From an uncultured Roseivirgaceae bacterium (lineage in GTDB: Bacteria > Bacteroidota > Bacteroidia > Cytophagales > Cyclobacteriaceae), in contig CAZHIQ010000011.1 of the NCBI GenBank assembly GCA_964532595.1, forward strand, positions 5,249 to 69,248: a stretch of 64,000 bases of DNA, read 5' to 3'. The position numbers were made by a program, and so were the translations under genes. This document shows positions 20,314 to 30,142 of this stretch, piece by piece. Position 1 is the stretch's first letter, and each line of letters starts with the position of its first letter. The notes under the pieces were generated by a model. It was not told the DNA's origin. It ran no database searches and saw nothing but the letters and a program-made list of their open reading frames with translations.

Positions 20314-21648
20314 TTACGGAAATTTTCGCACAACAAGTACACGCCGGGTTTTTTCTGTGACTTTGTATCGCTCGTTTATTCGATGTCCGACCACCCATAC
20401 GATCTCTCCGGCCGATTCCAGGACGGTGACGTCGGCCTTACTGTTGAACGGCATTTTCCGATCTATCAGGAAGTCGCTGAGCTTCTTATCGGCCTGCATA
20501 CCCAACGGAGTAAAGTAATCGCCCGCCTTCCATGCACGCCACACCAGCGGGTAGGTTAGCCGGTCAGCATCAAGCTGAGCAATCGTTTCATCATGCTGAA
20601 GTATAAAATCCTCTCGCGGCAGCACAGTGGTTTCAAGGGATATACCCGCCTGTACCGCCCTGGCCTCTTCAGTTTTGAGCTGAACAGGCGAAAACACCTC
20701 CCGTTTTTTCGGGGCAACTATATACATCGCCCGGTCGACCACTAGTTCATGGGTAGGCGATTGAAATCGCTTTCCTGGCTGATGATCTCCGATTATCTGC
20801 TTACAGAGGTCGAAGTGAAAGCCGTATGATTTGATGATCTCCCAGAGCAACACCGCCGGGAAGGGTGCCCGCCGTATGTTTTCAATAACGATACTAAGGG
20901 CACCCGCCGTCTCAAACACCGACTCAGCTCGAAAACCCTCGATATAACTGAGCGCAAATGCCCGGCCGCCCATCAGGCGTTCATGAGTATCCCGAAAGCT
21001 ATCCTCAAACGATGGGTTCAGCTCTTGCAAGCGGGGTATCACCTGATGCCGCACGAAGTTCCGCGGATAGTCGTCCGTTGCGTTGGTCGCATCCTCGCGC
21101 CACCGGATCCCCTCCGCTTCCGCGTATTCCCGGATCGCGTTCCGGGTGGCAAAAAGAAGGGGACGAATTACGTTTTGCTTCTTCGCGGCAATACCGCGAA
21201 ACCCATCCACGCCCGTACCCCGTATCAGATTGAGCACGACACTTTCAATAAGATCACTGAAATGGTGGGCGGTGGCGATGTAGTCGTATCCGTTCTCGCG
21301 AGTAACCTCCTGAAAGAACGCGTAGCGCAGATCGCGCGCCGCCATCTGAATGGACACGCCTTCCGCCAAAGCCCGGGCCTTGGTATCAACCTTCTTGACA
21401 AAGACCGGCACACCGAATTCCTGACAAGCCTCGCTGACAAAGTGTTCATCGCCGTCCGACTCCTCACCGCGAAGTCCAAAATTGACATGCGCTACTCCTA
21501 TCCGGAAACCCGCCGTCCGGAGAAGATGAAACATGACCATTGAATCGAGCCCGCCACTAACAGCTAACAGGATTTTATCTGTAGCTTTGCACAGGTCGTT
21601 CTCGCTTATATGGTCCAATACTTGCTTGAGCACCCCCAAATTTATCAC
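20314..21648 (-). CDS. tilS: tRNA(Ile)-lysidine synthetase
   Basis: AVSGGLDSM, ARDLRY, TAHH, RGTG, RPLL, RNFVRH; true start may be GTG at 21633. Confidence 0.96.
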   Translation of the reverse strand: MINLGVLKQVLDHISENDLCKATDKILLAVSGGLDSMVMFHLLRTAGFRIGVAHVNFGLRGEESDGDEHFVSEACQEFGVPVFVKKVDTKARALAEGVSIQMAARDLRYAFFQEVTRENGYDYIATAHHFSDLIESVVLNLIRGTGVDGFRGIAAKKQNVIRPLLFATRNAIREYAEAEGIRWREDATNATDDYPRNFVRHQVIPRLQELNPSFEDSFRDTHERLMGGRAFALSYIEGFRAESVFETAGALSIVIENIRRAPFPAVLLWEIIKSYGFHFDLCKQIIGDHQPGKRFQSPTHELVVDRAMYIVAPKKREVFSPVQLKTEEARAVQAGISLETTVLPREDFILQHDETIAQLDADRLTYPLVWRAWKAGDYFTPLGMQADKKLSDFLIDRKMPFNSKADVTVLESAGEIVWVVGHRINERYKVTEKTRRVLVVRKFP

Positions 21649-21653
21649 TTAGG

Positions 21654-23228
21654 ATGAACGAAACGTCAATCAACACTATAATTCGCGGGCTACTGGTCAT
21701 CGCACTTGTACTGGTTGCGTTTTCGGCCGATGCACAGCGACGCGTGCGTCTCAAGGATGCGGACGAACTGCGGGCTGGAACCCGCGACAACGTTCAATAC
21801 CAGCGTCTGATTGGCAACGTCGTGTTTACCCACAACGAAACCACGATCTACTGCGATTCCGCCCACTTTTACAGACGCGAAAACTCACTGGAGGCGTTTG
21901 GCAATGTCCGGATCGTAGAAGGAGATTCTATAACGATTACCGGAAACAGACTGATTTATAGTGGTGATGACAAGGTGGCGAAACTCAGGCGAAACGTGGT
22001 GTTCACCAAACTGGCAACCGCAACGCTGTATACCAATTACCTTGACTATACGCGTCCTACCAACATAGCGTATTACTACAATGGAGGGCGACTGGTGGAC
22101 AGCATCAACGTACTGACCAGCCGCAAAGGCCACTACAATGCCAACAACAACCTGGCTTCGTTCCGTGAAAATGTCGTCGTGACAAACCCCGATTACACAA
22201 TGTATGCCGACAGCCTCCAATACAACTCGCGAACGAAGGAAATCTACTTTGTGACGGAGACGACTGTTATTAACAAAGACAGCAGTAGAGCCGTATATCA
22301 GGGCGGTGTATACAACACCATATCGAAGACATCCGACTTGTACGAGGGCGTGGGTGAATCGGGCGATTATACTATTTCGGGCGACAGCTATGACCTCGAT
22401 GCCATCCGAAACGTGGGACGCGTTCGCGGCAATGTAGTTATGGCCTCGAAAAAAGAAAACCTTATCATCTACGGTCAAGCTTCCGATTTCTACCGCGCTG
22501 AAGGAATTACTAAAGTGTATGACAAAGCCTTCGTTACAAAACTGACCGACGACAGCGACAGCCTCTTCATCACCGCCGATACTCTCGTTTCCATCGACAG
22601 TGACGACCCTGCGAAAAAACGAATTCTCGCCTATCACAACGTCAAAATATACAAACGCGACCTTCAAGGCGTAGCCGACTCACTCGTCTATCAGGCAGCT
22701 GATTCTACTATCTACTTTTACAAAGATCCCGTACTCTGGACGCAAGGCAACCAAATGACCGCCGACTCGGTGAGCATGCTTATCGAGAATAATACCATCA
22801 GCAAGATGTATTTGATCGATAACGCCTTCGTCATTTCTCAGGACACGTTGAAAAACTTCAATCAGATCAAGGGTCGGACGATGACGGCGGAATTCGCCAA
22901 CAGTCAATTGCATCGCGTTTACGTTGAAGGAAACGGGGAGAGCCTGTACTTCGCTCTCGATGAGAATGACATGTCGTTTATGGGCATGAACCGGATTGTC
23001 TGCAGCAGCATTACTATCCGGTTTCTCGATGGCAAAGTCAACAACCTCAGCTTTTATGTTAGTCCCGAAGCACGGTTTATCCCTCCCCATGAGTTGAAAA
23101 AGGAGGAAATGCGTTTGAGAGGGTTCCAGTGGAAAGGCGATCGCAGGCCTGACCGGAGCCAGGTGGTAAGAGGCCCTATCCTGCCAATCGCCCCACCCCC
23201 TACCGCGGATGCTGAATCGGGAGAGTAG
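21654..23228 (+). CDS. OstA-like (LptA/LptD N-terminal type) beta-jellyroll protein
   Basis: Signal peptide; GNVVFTHNETTIYCDSAHFY, repeated ADSL/GDS motifs; C-terminal GFQWKGDRRP. Confidence 0.85.
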   Translation: MNETSINTIIRGLLVIALVLVAFSADAQRRVRLKDADELRAGTRDNVQYQRLIGNVVFTHNETTIYCDSAHFYRRENSLEAFGNVRIVEGDSITITGNRLIYSGDDKVAKLRRNVVFTKLATATLYTNYLDYTRPTNIAYYYNGGRLVDSINVLTSRKGHYNANNNLASFRENVVVTNPDYTMYADSLQYNSRTKEIYFVTETTVINKDSSRAVYQGGVYNTISKTSDLYEGVGESGDYTISGDSYDLDAIRNVGRVRGNVVMASKKENLIIYGQASDFYRAEGITKVYDKAFVTKLTDDSDSLFITADTLVSIDSDDPAKKRILAYHNVKIYKRDLQGVADSLVYQAADSTIYFYKDPVLWTQGNQMTADSVSMLIENNTISKMYLIDNAFVISQDTLKNFNQIKGRTMTAEFANSQLHRVYVEGNGESLYFALDENDMSFMGMNRIVCSSITIRFLDGKVNNLSFYVSPEARFIPPHELKKEEMRLRGFQWKGDRRPDRSQVVRGPILPIAPPPTADAESGE

Positions 23229-23233
23229 TGCAC

Positions 23234-23262
23234 AAAAAAAGACCGCCCTTTCGGACGGCCTT
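23234..23262 (-). terminator. Intrinsic terminator after the OMP gene
   Basis: On - strand AAGGCCGTCC-GAAA-GGGCGGTCTT then U run; the two G-U pairs only work on this strand. Confidence 0.85.
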
Positions 23263-23285
23263 CTTAAAGCAATCTAAGACTAGAA

Positions 23286-23843
23286 TTAACGACGTCCGCC
23301 GCCGATAAAGCCACCCAGGCGCACGCCAAGATAGCTATTCTTCACTCCGCTGGTCTCCGGTACGATGTTGTAGTCAAGCGAGAACTGGAAGTGACCTGCA
23401 TCAAATCCGACACGGGGATAAAAGCCGAGCTTGCTGGTGGCTGCTTCGCTGATATCTCCTCCGGACTGGTTTGCCTCAATGCTAACTGCAGCGAGGGAGT
23501 AAATCCCGAGGCCCAGGCCTGCGAAAGGACGGAAATTGTTGTTATTGAAATAATACTGACCGTTGACTGTGTAAGAGCTCAACGCAGCGACGTCTAGTTC
23601 TGCTGATTGTTCATCAGCGAAACCGCGGGCAATTACTGCCCCCTCAATGCGAAGGTTAGCCAGAATCTGATCACTAACCCGGTATCCAGGCTCGATGTAA
23701 TACAGGATCCCGGCTTTGGCACCTTTTCCGCTGGGGCTGGCATAACCAAGACCAAGACCGACGCGGAAGGGATTAAACTCCTGCGCAAACGCTCCGACCG
23801 CCGTGGCGGCGATGACAAAACAAACGATTGCAATTCTTTTCAT
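23286..23843 (-). CDS. Small outer-membrane beta-barrel protein (OmpW/OmpA-TM-like)
   Basis: Signal peptide, alternating aromatic/Gly strands, FRPFAGLGLG, FYPRVGF. Confidence 0.8.
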   Translation of the reverse strand: MKRIAIVCFVIAATAVGAFAQEFNPFRVGLGLGYASPSGKGAKAGILYYIEPGYRVSDQILANLRIEGAVIARGFADEQSAELDVAALSSYTVNGQYYFNNNNFRPFAGLGLGIYSLAAVSIEANQSGGDISEAATSKLGFYPRVGFDAGHFQFSLDYNIVPETSGVKNSYLGVRLGGFIGGGRR

Positions 23844-24139
23844 AAAAAATTGGGGTTTAAAAAGTTTGGGTTTAAAACGGCAGTAAAGCTGCTCTAACTG
23901 CTGCTACCAAACAAGCGCAAAACAACCAAAACCTTACCTGACCCCGAAAATCGCTTTAATATCGACGGATAAGGCATTTTGCCGCCTGATATCCGGTAAC
24001 AGGATTTCTACCGCCCGAAAAAGAAAATCACCGGCAACGTGGTATTGTCACCAGAATTGTATCCGGAACGGAAAAAAATTGCCAGGAACTATGAGAAGCG
24101 GCAAAAAAGCTTAAATTTTGTAGCTCACTCGAACGCGCT

Positions 24140-24844
24140 ATGCGGTATCTCCTCTGGTTGGCATCGGTTCTGATTGCAGGCTACGACCTGTCAGCTCAAT
24201 CCTTTGAGCTCGGAGCAACGCAGGAGGTTTATAAAGGCAAGATCGGGGAAACAGTCCGGGTTCCGCTAAAACTGACCAACCGCACCGGCGAACCGCTCTC
24301 CCTCATTATCAAGAAGGTTTCTTCCAACCTGGGCAGCACGCAAAAAGACATGTTATGCCCTGATAATGATTGTTTTACGACCCCTTCTGACGGGCTGGTG
24401 GTCAGACTTGGCCCGGAACAATCCCTTGAAACGGTTGCCGTCGCCCTGGAAGCGGGGTTGGCGAGCGGCATCAGTTCAGTAAAATATATCATCTATAACC
24501 GCTCCAGTCCAGGCGAGGCGGTCGAGCTGGATCTCAATTTTTCCGTGGAGGAATGGTCGGCGATTCAAGATATCCTCACGCATCCTGGGATTGTCCTTCA
24601 CGACGTATATCCCAACCCGGTTACCGACCACGCCTTCGTGAAATACGACCTGATCAATCCCCAGCTTGAAGCCAAGATTGTCATTCACAACATCCTGGGC
24701 AATACAATCGACGAATACCTGCTTCCGGAGGGTGAGAGCGTCGTCAAAATCAGGACGGACGCCCTTTCGGCCGGCATCTACTTTTATACACTTTATCTTG
24801 ACAATGAGGGCATTATGACCCGAAAACTTATTGTCAGGAAATAA
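24140..24844 (+). CDS. T9SS type A sorting-domain protein with an Ig-like N-terminal domain
   Basis: Signal peptide; VYPNPV...AGIYFYTL...TRKLIVRK C-terminal domain. Confidence 0.9.
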   Translation: MRYLLWLASVLIAGYDLSAQSFELGATQEVYKGKIGETVRVPLKLTNRTGEPLSLIIKKVSSNLGSTQKDMLCPDNDCFTTPSDGLVVRLGPEQSLETVAVALEAGLASGISSVKYIIYNRSSPGEAVELDLNFSVEEWSAIQDILTHPGIVLHDVYPNPVTDHAFVKYDLINPQLEAKIVIHNILGNTIDEYLLPEGESVVKIRTDALSAGIYFYTLYLDNEGIMTRKLIVRK

Positions 24845-24913
24845 TTGGGTTATTTTGCGCGCAATCTATCATAGACGGCTGCCGATTCCGTTTTACTGTT
24901 GCAGACGATGTGT

Positions 24914-24921
24914 TATATTTG
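24914..24921 (+). promoter_or_regulatory. -7 promoter box TATATTTG (bamD operon)
   Basis: TAnnTTTG 7 nt before ATG 24929. Confidence 0.55.
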
Positions 24922-24928
24922 CGGGCTT

Positions 24929-25741
24929 ATGCGGAGACTATCAGCACCTGTTTCGTTAATTCTCCTGCTGCTTGTCGTTACGGCGTGTAGCAAGTTTAGA
25001 AAAATCGAAAAAAGCCAGGACTGGCGTGTCAAGTACGAGGCGGGAATCAATTACTACAACAAGGAAGACTATTACCGGGCTTCTGTGTTGTTTGAGCAGA
25101 TTTTGCCTATCGTTCGCGGCTTGCCGGAAGGGGAAAAGGTTCAGTTCTACCTGGCGTACTGCCAGTTTCATGACAAACTTTATCTCTTGGCCTCCGAGCA
25201 GTTCAAGACGTTTTATGAGACGTATGGACGCAGTGAACTGGCGGAGGAGGCCCGCTTTATGCGTGCCTATTCGCTATATCGCTCCTCGCCAAATCCCAAC
25301 CTCGACCAGACTTCGAGCGTGGATGCCATGGCAGCTATGCAGCAGTTCATAAACCGGTATCCGAACAGCAAATTCAGAGACCGGGCGGTTGAAGTGATCG
25401 AGACTGCCCAGCACAAATTGGAGAAGAAGGGTTTTGAGAATGCACGCCAATACTACAAGATGCGTCTTTACAAGGCAGCTGTAGTGGCGCTCAACAACTT
25501 CAAACAGAATTTTCCTGATTCGAAATACGTTGAAGAAGCATATTATCTGGCAGTTGTTTCGCAGTTTCGGCTCGCAGAACAAAGTTTGCGCTCCTTACAG
25601 GCGGAACGGTACCAGGCTGTCGTCGATCAATATTTGGAATTCCTCGAGCGTTATCCGGACAGCAGTTTCCTGAAAGACGCCGAGAAACTCTATGCGGAGA
25701 GCCTGGAGAAAGTCAATTCATTTAAAGTAGCAAAATCTTAG
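24929..25741 (+). CDS. bamD: Outer-membrane assembly lipoprotein BamD
   Basis: Lipobox VTAC, TPR-like helices, LDQT, FINRYPNS; synteny with rpoZ-coaBC. Confidence 0.92.
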   Translation: MRRLSAPVSLILLLLVVTACSKFRKIEKSQDWRVKYEAGINYYNKEDYYRASVLFEQILPIVRGLPEGEKVQFYLAYCQFHDKLYLLASEQFKTFYETYGRSELAEEARFMRAYSLYRSSPNPNLDQTSSVDAMAAMQQFINRYPNSKFRDRAVEVIETAQHKLEKKGFENARQYYKMRLYKAAVVALNNFKQNFPDSKYVEEAYYLAVVSQFRLAEQSLRSLQAERYQAVVDQYLEFLERYPDSSFLKDAEKLYAESLEKVNSFKVAKS

Positions 25742-25746
25742 AAACC

Positions 25747-26067
25747 ATGGCAGTACAATCATCTGTAATCACACGCGACCTCGATAAAATAGCTGCTCCC
25801 ACCGGGAATATTTATCAGTCGGTTGTCGTAATCGGTAAGCGTGCCCGGCAGATTTCAACCAATCTTAAAGAAGAGTTGAACAACAAACTTGCTGAGTTTG
25901 CCACGACCGTCGATAACCTGGAAGAGGTGTTCGAAAACCGGGAACAGATCGAAATCTCGAGATTTTATGAAAGGTTGCCTAAACCGACAACGACAGCTAC
26001 GGAGGAATTCCTGGAAGGAAAACTGAACTTCAGAATGCGCTCCGAGCTTGACGAAACGCTTGAGTAA
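25747..26067 (+). CDS. rpoZ: RNA polymerase omega subunit (Bacteroidota type)
   Basis: TGNIYQSVVVIGKRARQI, VFENREQIEISRFYERLPKP. Confidence 0.9.
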   Translation: MAVQSSVITRDLDKIAAPTGNIYQSVVVIGKRARQISTNLKEELNNKLAEFATTVDNLEEVFENREQIEISRFYERLPKPTTTATEEFLEGKLNFRMRSELDETLE

Positions 26068-26119
26068 TCACGCCGTCTGGCGACTGCCGGACAGCACCAT
26101 TCGATAACTTTTCAGAAAG

Positions 26120-27319
26120 GTGCTTGAAAACAAGAAAATAGTGGTCGGTGTTACCGGCAGCATCGCGGCGTATAAATCGGCGATGCTGGTGCGGCTCCTC
26201 GTGAAGGCAGGTGCCCAGGTGCGCGTGGTAATGACTTCCGATGCCCATGCTTTTATTACTCCCCTGACTTTGTCCACTCTGTCCAGAGAGCCTGTTTGGA
26301 CAGACTTCGTCAGGGACGAATCCGGTCAGTGGAACAACCACGTTGAGTTGGGTTTGTGGGGTGATGCTTTGGTGATTGCACCCGCCACCGCGAATACGAT
26401 CGCAAAAATGGCGCACGGCCTCTGTGACAACCTTCTCATGGCCGTCTATCTCTCTGCGCGATGTCCGGTATTTGTCGCTCCGGCGATGGATCTCGACATG
26501 TTGCAACATCCTTCCACCACAAAAAACATCGAAGCCCTTCGCTCCTACGGCAACAGGATAATTGATCCCGGATACGGAGATCTTGCAAGCGGGCTCACCG
26601 GCACAGGCCGAATGGCCGAACCCGAGGAGATCGTTGGCGAGCTATCGTCATTCTTCCGCAGAAGTCAGCGTTTGTCGGGTAAGAGGGCCCTCGTAACTGC
26701 AGGGCCTACAAGGGAGGCGATCGACCCCGTCCGTTTTATCAGCAATCACTCCAGCGGTAAAATGGGGTATGCTGTGGCAGAAGCGCTGGCTGCAGCGGGC
26801 GCCGAGGTCGTCCTGGTCAGCGGTCCCACGGAACAGCGCATACACCACCCGTTAGTAAAGGTAGTCCCCGTTGTCACGGCACGCGAAATGCTCGAGGCCA
26901 GTGAGCGGGAATTTGAAAACACTGACATCGCCGTCCTTTCCGCCGCTGTAGCCGACTACCGGCCCACACATACCGCCACCCAAAAAATCAAGAAATCGGG
27001 AGAGTCCCAGACTCTGTCCCTGACGCGAACTGACGACATCGCCGCCACACTTGGCAAAAGAAAGCGAAATGGCCAGGTAGTGGTGGGATTTGCCCTTGAG
27101 ACCGACAACGAAGAATCTAACGCCCTCGCAAAGTTAAGGGCGAAGAATTTCGATCTTATTGTCCTGAATTCGCTAAGAGACGAGGGGGCCGGCTTTGGCT
27201 ACGATACAAATAAGATCACCCTCTTTGATGGCGAGAAGAAGTCCACCTTTCCGCTGCAATCGAAGAAACAGGTGGCGTATGATATTGTCGACGCGATAAT
27301 TGAACGGAATCATGCGTAA
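26120..27319 (+). CDS. coaBC: Bifunctional phosphopantothenoylcysteine decarboxylase/ligase
   Basis: GVTGSIAAYK, APATANTIAK, PAMDLDM, TAGPTREAIDPVRFISNHSSGKMG, VGFALET. Confidence 0.97.
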   Translation: MLENKKIVVGVTGSIAAYKSAMLVRLLVKAGAQVRVVMTSDAHAFITPLTLSTLSREPVWTDFVRDESGQWNNHVELGLWGDALVIAPATANTIAKMAHGLCDNLLMAVYLSARCPVFVAPAMDLDMLQHPSTTKNIEALRSYGNRIIDPGYGDLASGLTGTGRMAEPEEIVGELSSFFRRSQRLSGKRALVTAGPTREAIDPVRFISNHSSGKMGYAVAEALAAAGAEVVLVSGPTEQRIHHPLVKVVPVVTAREMLEASEREFENTDIAVLSAAVADYRPTHTATQKIKKSGESQTLSLTRTDDIAATLGKRKRNGQVVVGFALETDNEESNALAKLRAKNFDLIVLNSLRDEGAGFGYDTNKITLFDGEKKSTFPLQSKKQVAYDIVDAIIERNHA

Positions 27320-28205
27320 CGTAGCCCTGTTCCTTTTCTTATCGTTGCCATTCACGGCCTGGTGTCAGGAATTGAATTGTTCGGTCGCCATTAACGCATC
27401 GCAGGTGCAAACCTCTGAACGCGCCATTTTCGATGACCTCAAGAACGCCATCGAGCAGTTTATGAACACCCGGAAGTGGACCAACGATGTCTACAAGCAA
27501 CATGAGAAGATCGCTTGCAACCTCCTGATTACTATCACCCGGATGCCAAGTATCGGTACCTTCACCGCGTCGGTCCAGATTCAGTCAGCACGCCCCGTGT
27601 TTAACAGCACTTATACAAGTTTGCTGCTGAACTTCGCTGACCGGGACTGGGAATTCGACTATGTAGAGGCAATGCCTCTGGAGTACAACGACAATACCTT
27701 TACTAATAACCTGACCTCGATGCTGGCGTTCTACGCCTATCTGATCATTGGCTTCGATCATGACTCATTCAGCGAACTTGGAGGAACTCCGTACTTTCAA
27801 CGCGCGATGCAAGTGGTCAACAACGCCCAGCAGTCCGGTCACGCAGGGTGGCAAGCGCTCGGCAGCAATAGAAACCGCTACTGGATCATCGAGAACCTCA
27901 TCAATCAACAAATGGTGGGCATCCGGCGCGCGATTTATCAGTATCATCGCCATGGCCTCGATATGTTCCAGTCGAATCCCGATGAGGGCCGCCAGAAGAT
28001 TCTCGACGGACTAAAAGAAATCAAGAAAGTTCGCGATATCAATCCGAGTGCGATCCTGGTTGTCAGTTTCTTCGATGCAAAAGGAAAGGAACTTGCAGAC
28101 ATCTTTTCCGACGGCAACATCCAGATCCGCCGCCAGGCGTACGATATTGTAACGGCCATCGATCCCTCTAACCGGTCGATGTACGACAAAATCATTGCCA
28201 ATTAG
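27312..28205 (+). CDS. porD: DUF4835 family / T9SS protein PorD
   Basis: Signal peptide then QELNCSV, FMNTRKW, ARPVFNSTY, NLTSMLAFYAYLIIG, NRYWIIEN; typical position between coaBC and recN. Confidence 0.85.
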   Translation: MRNVALFLFLSLPFTAWCQELNCSVAINASQVQTSERAIFDDLKNAIEQFMNTRKWTNDVYKQHEKIACNLLITITRMPSIGTFTASVQIQSARPVFNSTYTSLLLNFADRDWEFDYVEAMPLEYNDNTFTNNLTSMLAFYAYLIIGFDHDSFSELGGTPYFQRAMQVVNNAQQSGHAGWQALGSNRNRYWIIENLINQQMVGIRRAIYQYHRHGLDMFQSNPDEGRQKILDGLKEIKKVRDINPSAILVVSFFDAKGKELADIFSDGNIQIRRQAYDIVTAIDPSNRSMYDKIIAN

Positions 28206-28251
28206 CCGCGCGCCTGTGCGCTCTGCTATCGATACCCAAACATTCAGCGTT

Positions 28252-28476
28252 ATGGCCACACGCCAGTTAAGACTGACTACCCTACAAGAGATACGTGAAA
28301 AACTCGGCGCACATACAGGAAAAAAAATTAATATTGTTCTTCGTGACCGAACCGTATTTTACGGGAAACTGAAGGAAATCCAGGCAACGCATCTTGAGTT
28401 TGTGAACCTGAGAAACCGCAGTGAAAAACTTCCGTTGGATACGATCAGTGAAGTTTACCTCGATTCGAACCAGTAA
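28252..28476 (+). CDS. Hypothetical 74-aa protein with an Sm/LSm-like sequence pattern
   Basis: MATRQLRLTTLQEIREKLGAHTGKKINIVLRDRTVFYGKLKEIQATHLEFVNLRNRSEKLPLDTISEVYLDSNQ; TAATG overlap with recN supports it being translated. Confidence 0.75.
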   Translation: MATRQLRLTTLQEIREKLGAHTGKKINIVLRDRTVFYGKLKEIQATHLEFVNLRNRSEKLPLDTISEVYLDSNQ

Positions 28477-30137
28477 TGCTAAGGCGTCTGACCATAAAGA
28501 ACTACGCGCTTATCCAAAGCCTGGAGATGGAGCCTTCGGGACACCTGAACGTGATTACAGGAGAAACCGGCGCCGGAAAGTCTATTATGCTCGGAGCAAT
28601 CGGGCTTCTGCTGGGCAACCGGGCTGATACAAAGGTGTTGTGGGATGATCAGGAAAAGTGCATCATCGAAGGTACCTTCAACATCGACGCCTACGAGCTT
28701 AAACCCCTGTTCGAAGAACTTGATCTCGACTATGCCAACGAGACCTTTATTCGCAGGGAAATCAGTCCCGGTGGAAAATCGCGGGCCTTTATCAATGACA
28801 CGCCGGTGACCCTGGATGCCTTACGACGGGTAGGCGGGCGTCTGATGGATGTACACTCCCAACATGAAACACTGGAACTCGGCAACCAGTCTTTTCAGTT
28901 GCATCTGATCGACAGTTATGCGGGCAATGCCAAGATCAAAGGTTCGTACGAACAAGCGTGGAAGAACTTCTCCGCGGCGCGGAAGAAATTTGAGAAACTG
29001 AGTGAGGAAGCTAACCAACTCGGAGAAGAAGCCGACTACGTAAATTTTCAGCTCGAAGAGCTCATAGAAGCCCGTTTGGAAGAAGACGAACTTGAAAAAC
29101 TCGAACAGGAACTAAAAGTAGCCGAACACGCCGAGGAGATCAAAGTCCGGCTTCAGAGCACTTCTCAACTGCTGAACGAATCCGAGTTCTCGGTGTCCCG
29201 GGCTCTCGCAGAAGTAAAATCACATCTTCAGACAATTGCCTCCTGGTCGAAACAATACGAAGGTCTGCTGCAACGGCTCGAGACCGCACGGCTCGAAATT
29301 GAGGACCTCGGTGATGAGATCAGCCGTGAGGAAGATAGGGTCGAATTTGATCCGGAACGGGCAGAGTGGGTGAAACAACGCCTGAGCACCCTCTATCATC
29401 TGATGACCAAGCATCGCGTTAATGATACCGCCGCACTGCTTCAGTTACAGGCTTCACTTTCCGAGAGAGCACAGCTCACGGGTAACGTCGATGGCGCCCT
29501 CGCGGACGCACAGGAAAAACTGAGAGAAGCGGAGAAAGTCTTATTGCAATCTGCCACGGAACTGCGCGCCACACGCCAGAAGGCCTTCGCTCCACTCCAG
29601 AAACAAATCACCGCGCTCCTGAAAGAACTCGGCATCCCGAACGCCACACTGGATATCGAATTATCAGAAACCACACCCGGCCCAAGTGGTGCCGACCGCA
29701 TCGATCTGCTTTTCAGCGCCAACAAAGGAGTGCCTCCTCGTCCCCTCGCACAGGTGGCGTCAGGTGGCGAGTTCTCCCGACTGATGTTTTGTGTAAAGTA
29801 CGTGATGGCTGAAAAAACGGCGATACCTACCCTCGTCCTGGACGAAATCGACAACGGCATATCAGGAGAAATCGCTATCCGGCTCGGACAACTAATGAAG
29901 CTCATGGCGCGGAAGCACCAACTGATAACCATCAGCCACCTCCCGCAGATCGCGGCACAGGGAGACACTCACTACTTTGTTTACAAAGACAATACAGCTA
30001 AGAAAACAGTTAGTTCAATCCGCCTGCTTAGCGAAAGTGAACGGATCGAGGAAATTGCCAAAATGATCGGAGGAAATAATCCCTCGCGCATAGCCCTCGA
30101 AAATGCACAGGAACTGCTGAGCGGAGCAGCTCAGTAA
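28476..30137 (+). CDS. recN: DNA repair protein RecN
   Basis: TGETGAGKS, FINDTP, HSQHE, coiled coil, ASGGEFSR, LDEIDNG, ISHLPQIAA. Confidence 0.97.
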   Translation: MLRRLTIKNYALIQSLEMEPSGHLNVITGETGAGKSIMLGAIGLLLGNRADTKVLWDDQEKCIIEGTFNIDAYELKPLFEELDLDYANETFIRREISPGGKSRAFINDTPVTLDALRRVGGRLMDVHSQHETLELGNQSFQLHLIDSYAGNAKIKGSYEQAWKNFSAARKKFEKLSEEANQLGEEADYVNFQLEELIEARLEEDELEKLEQELKVAEHAEEIKVRLQSTSQLLNESEFSVSRALAEVKSHLQTIASWSKQYEGLLQRLETARLEIEDLGDEISREEDRVEFDPERAEWVKQRLSTLYHLMTKHRVNDTAALLQLQASLSERAQLTGNVDGALADAQEKLREAEKVLLQSATELRATRQKAFAPLQKQITALLKELGIPNATLDIELSETTPGPSGADRIDLLFSANKGVPPRPLAQVASGGEFSRLMFCVKYVMAEKTAIPTLVLDEIDNGISGEIAIRLGQLMKLMARKHQLITISHLPQIAAQGDTHYFVYKDNTAKKTVSSIRLLSESERIEEIAKMIGGNNPSRIALENAQELLSGAAQ

Positions 30138-30142
30138 GACCG

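Noticed and set aside
23853-23877. Direct repeat GGGTTTAAAA x2 above the OMP gene
   Set aside because: Short AT-rich leader sequence typical of Bacteroidota 5' UTRs; two copies only, not CRISPR-like
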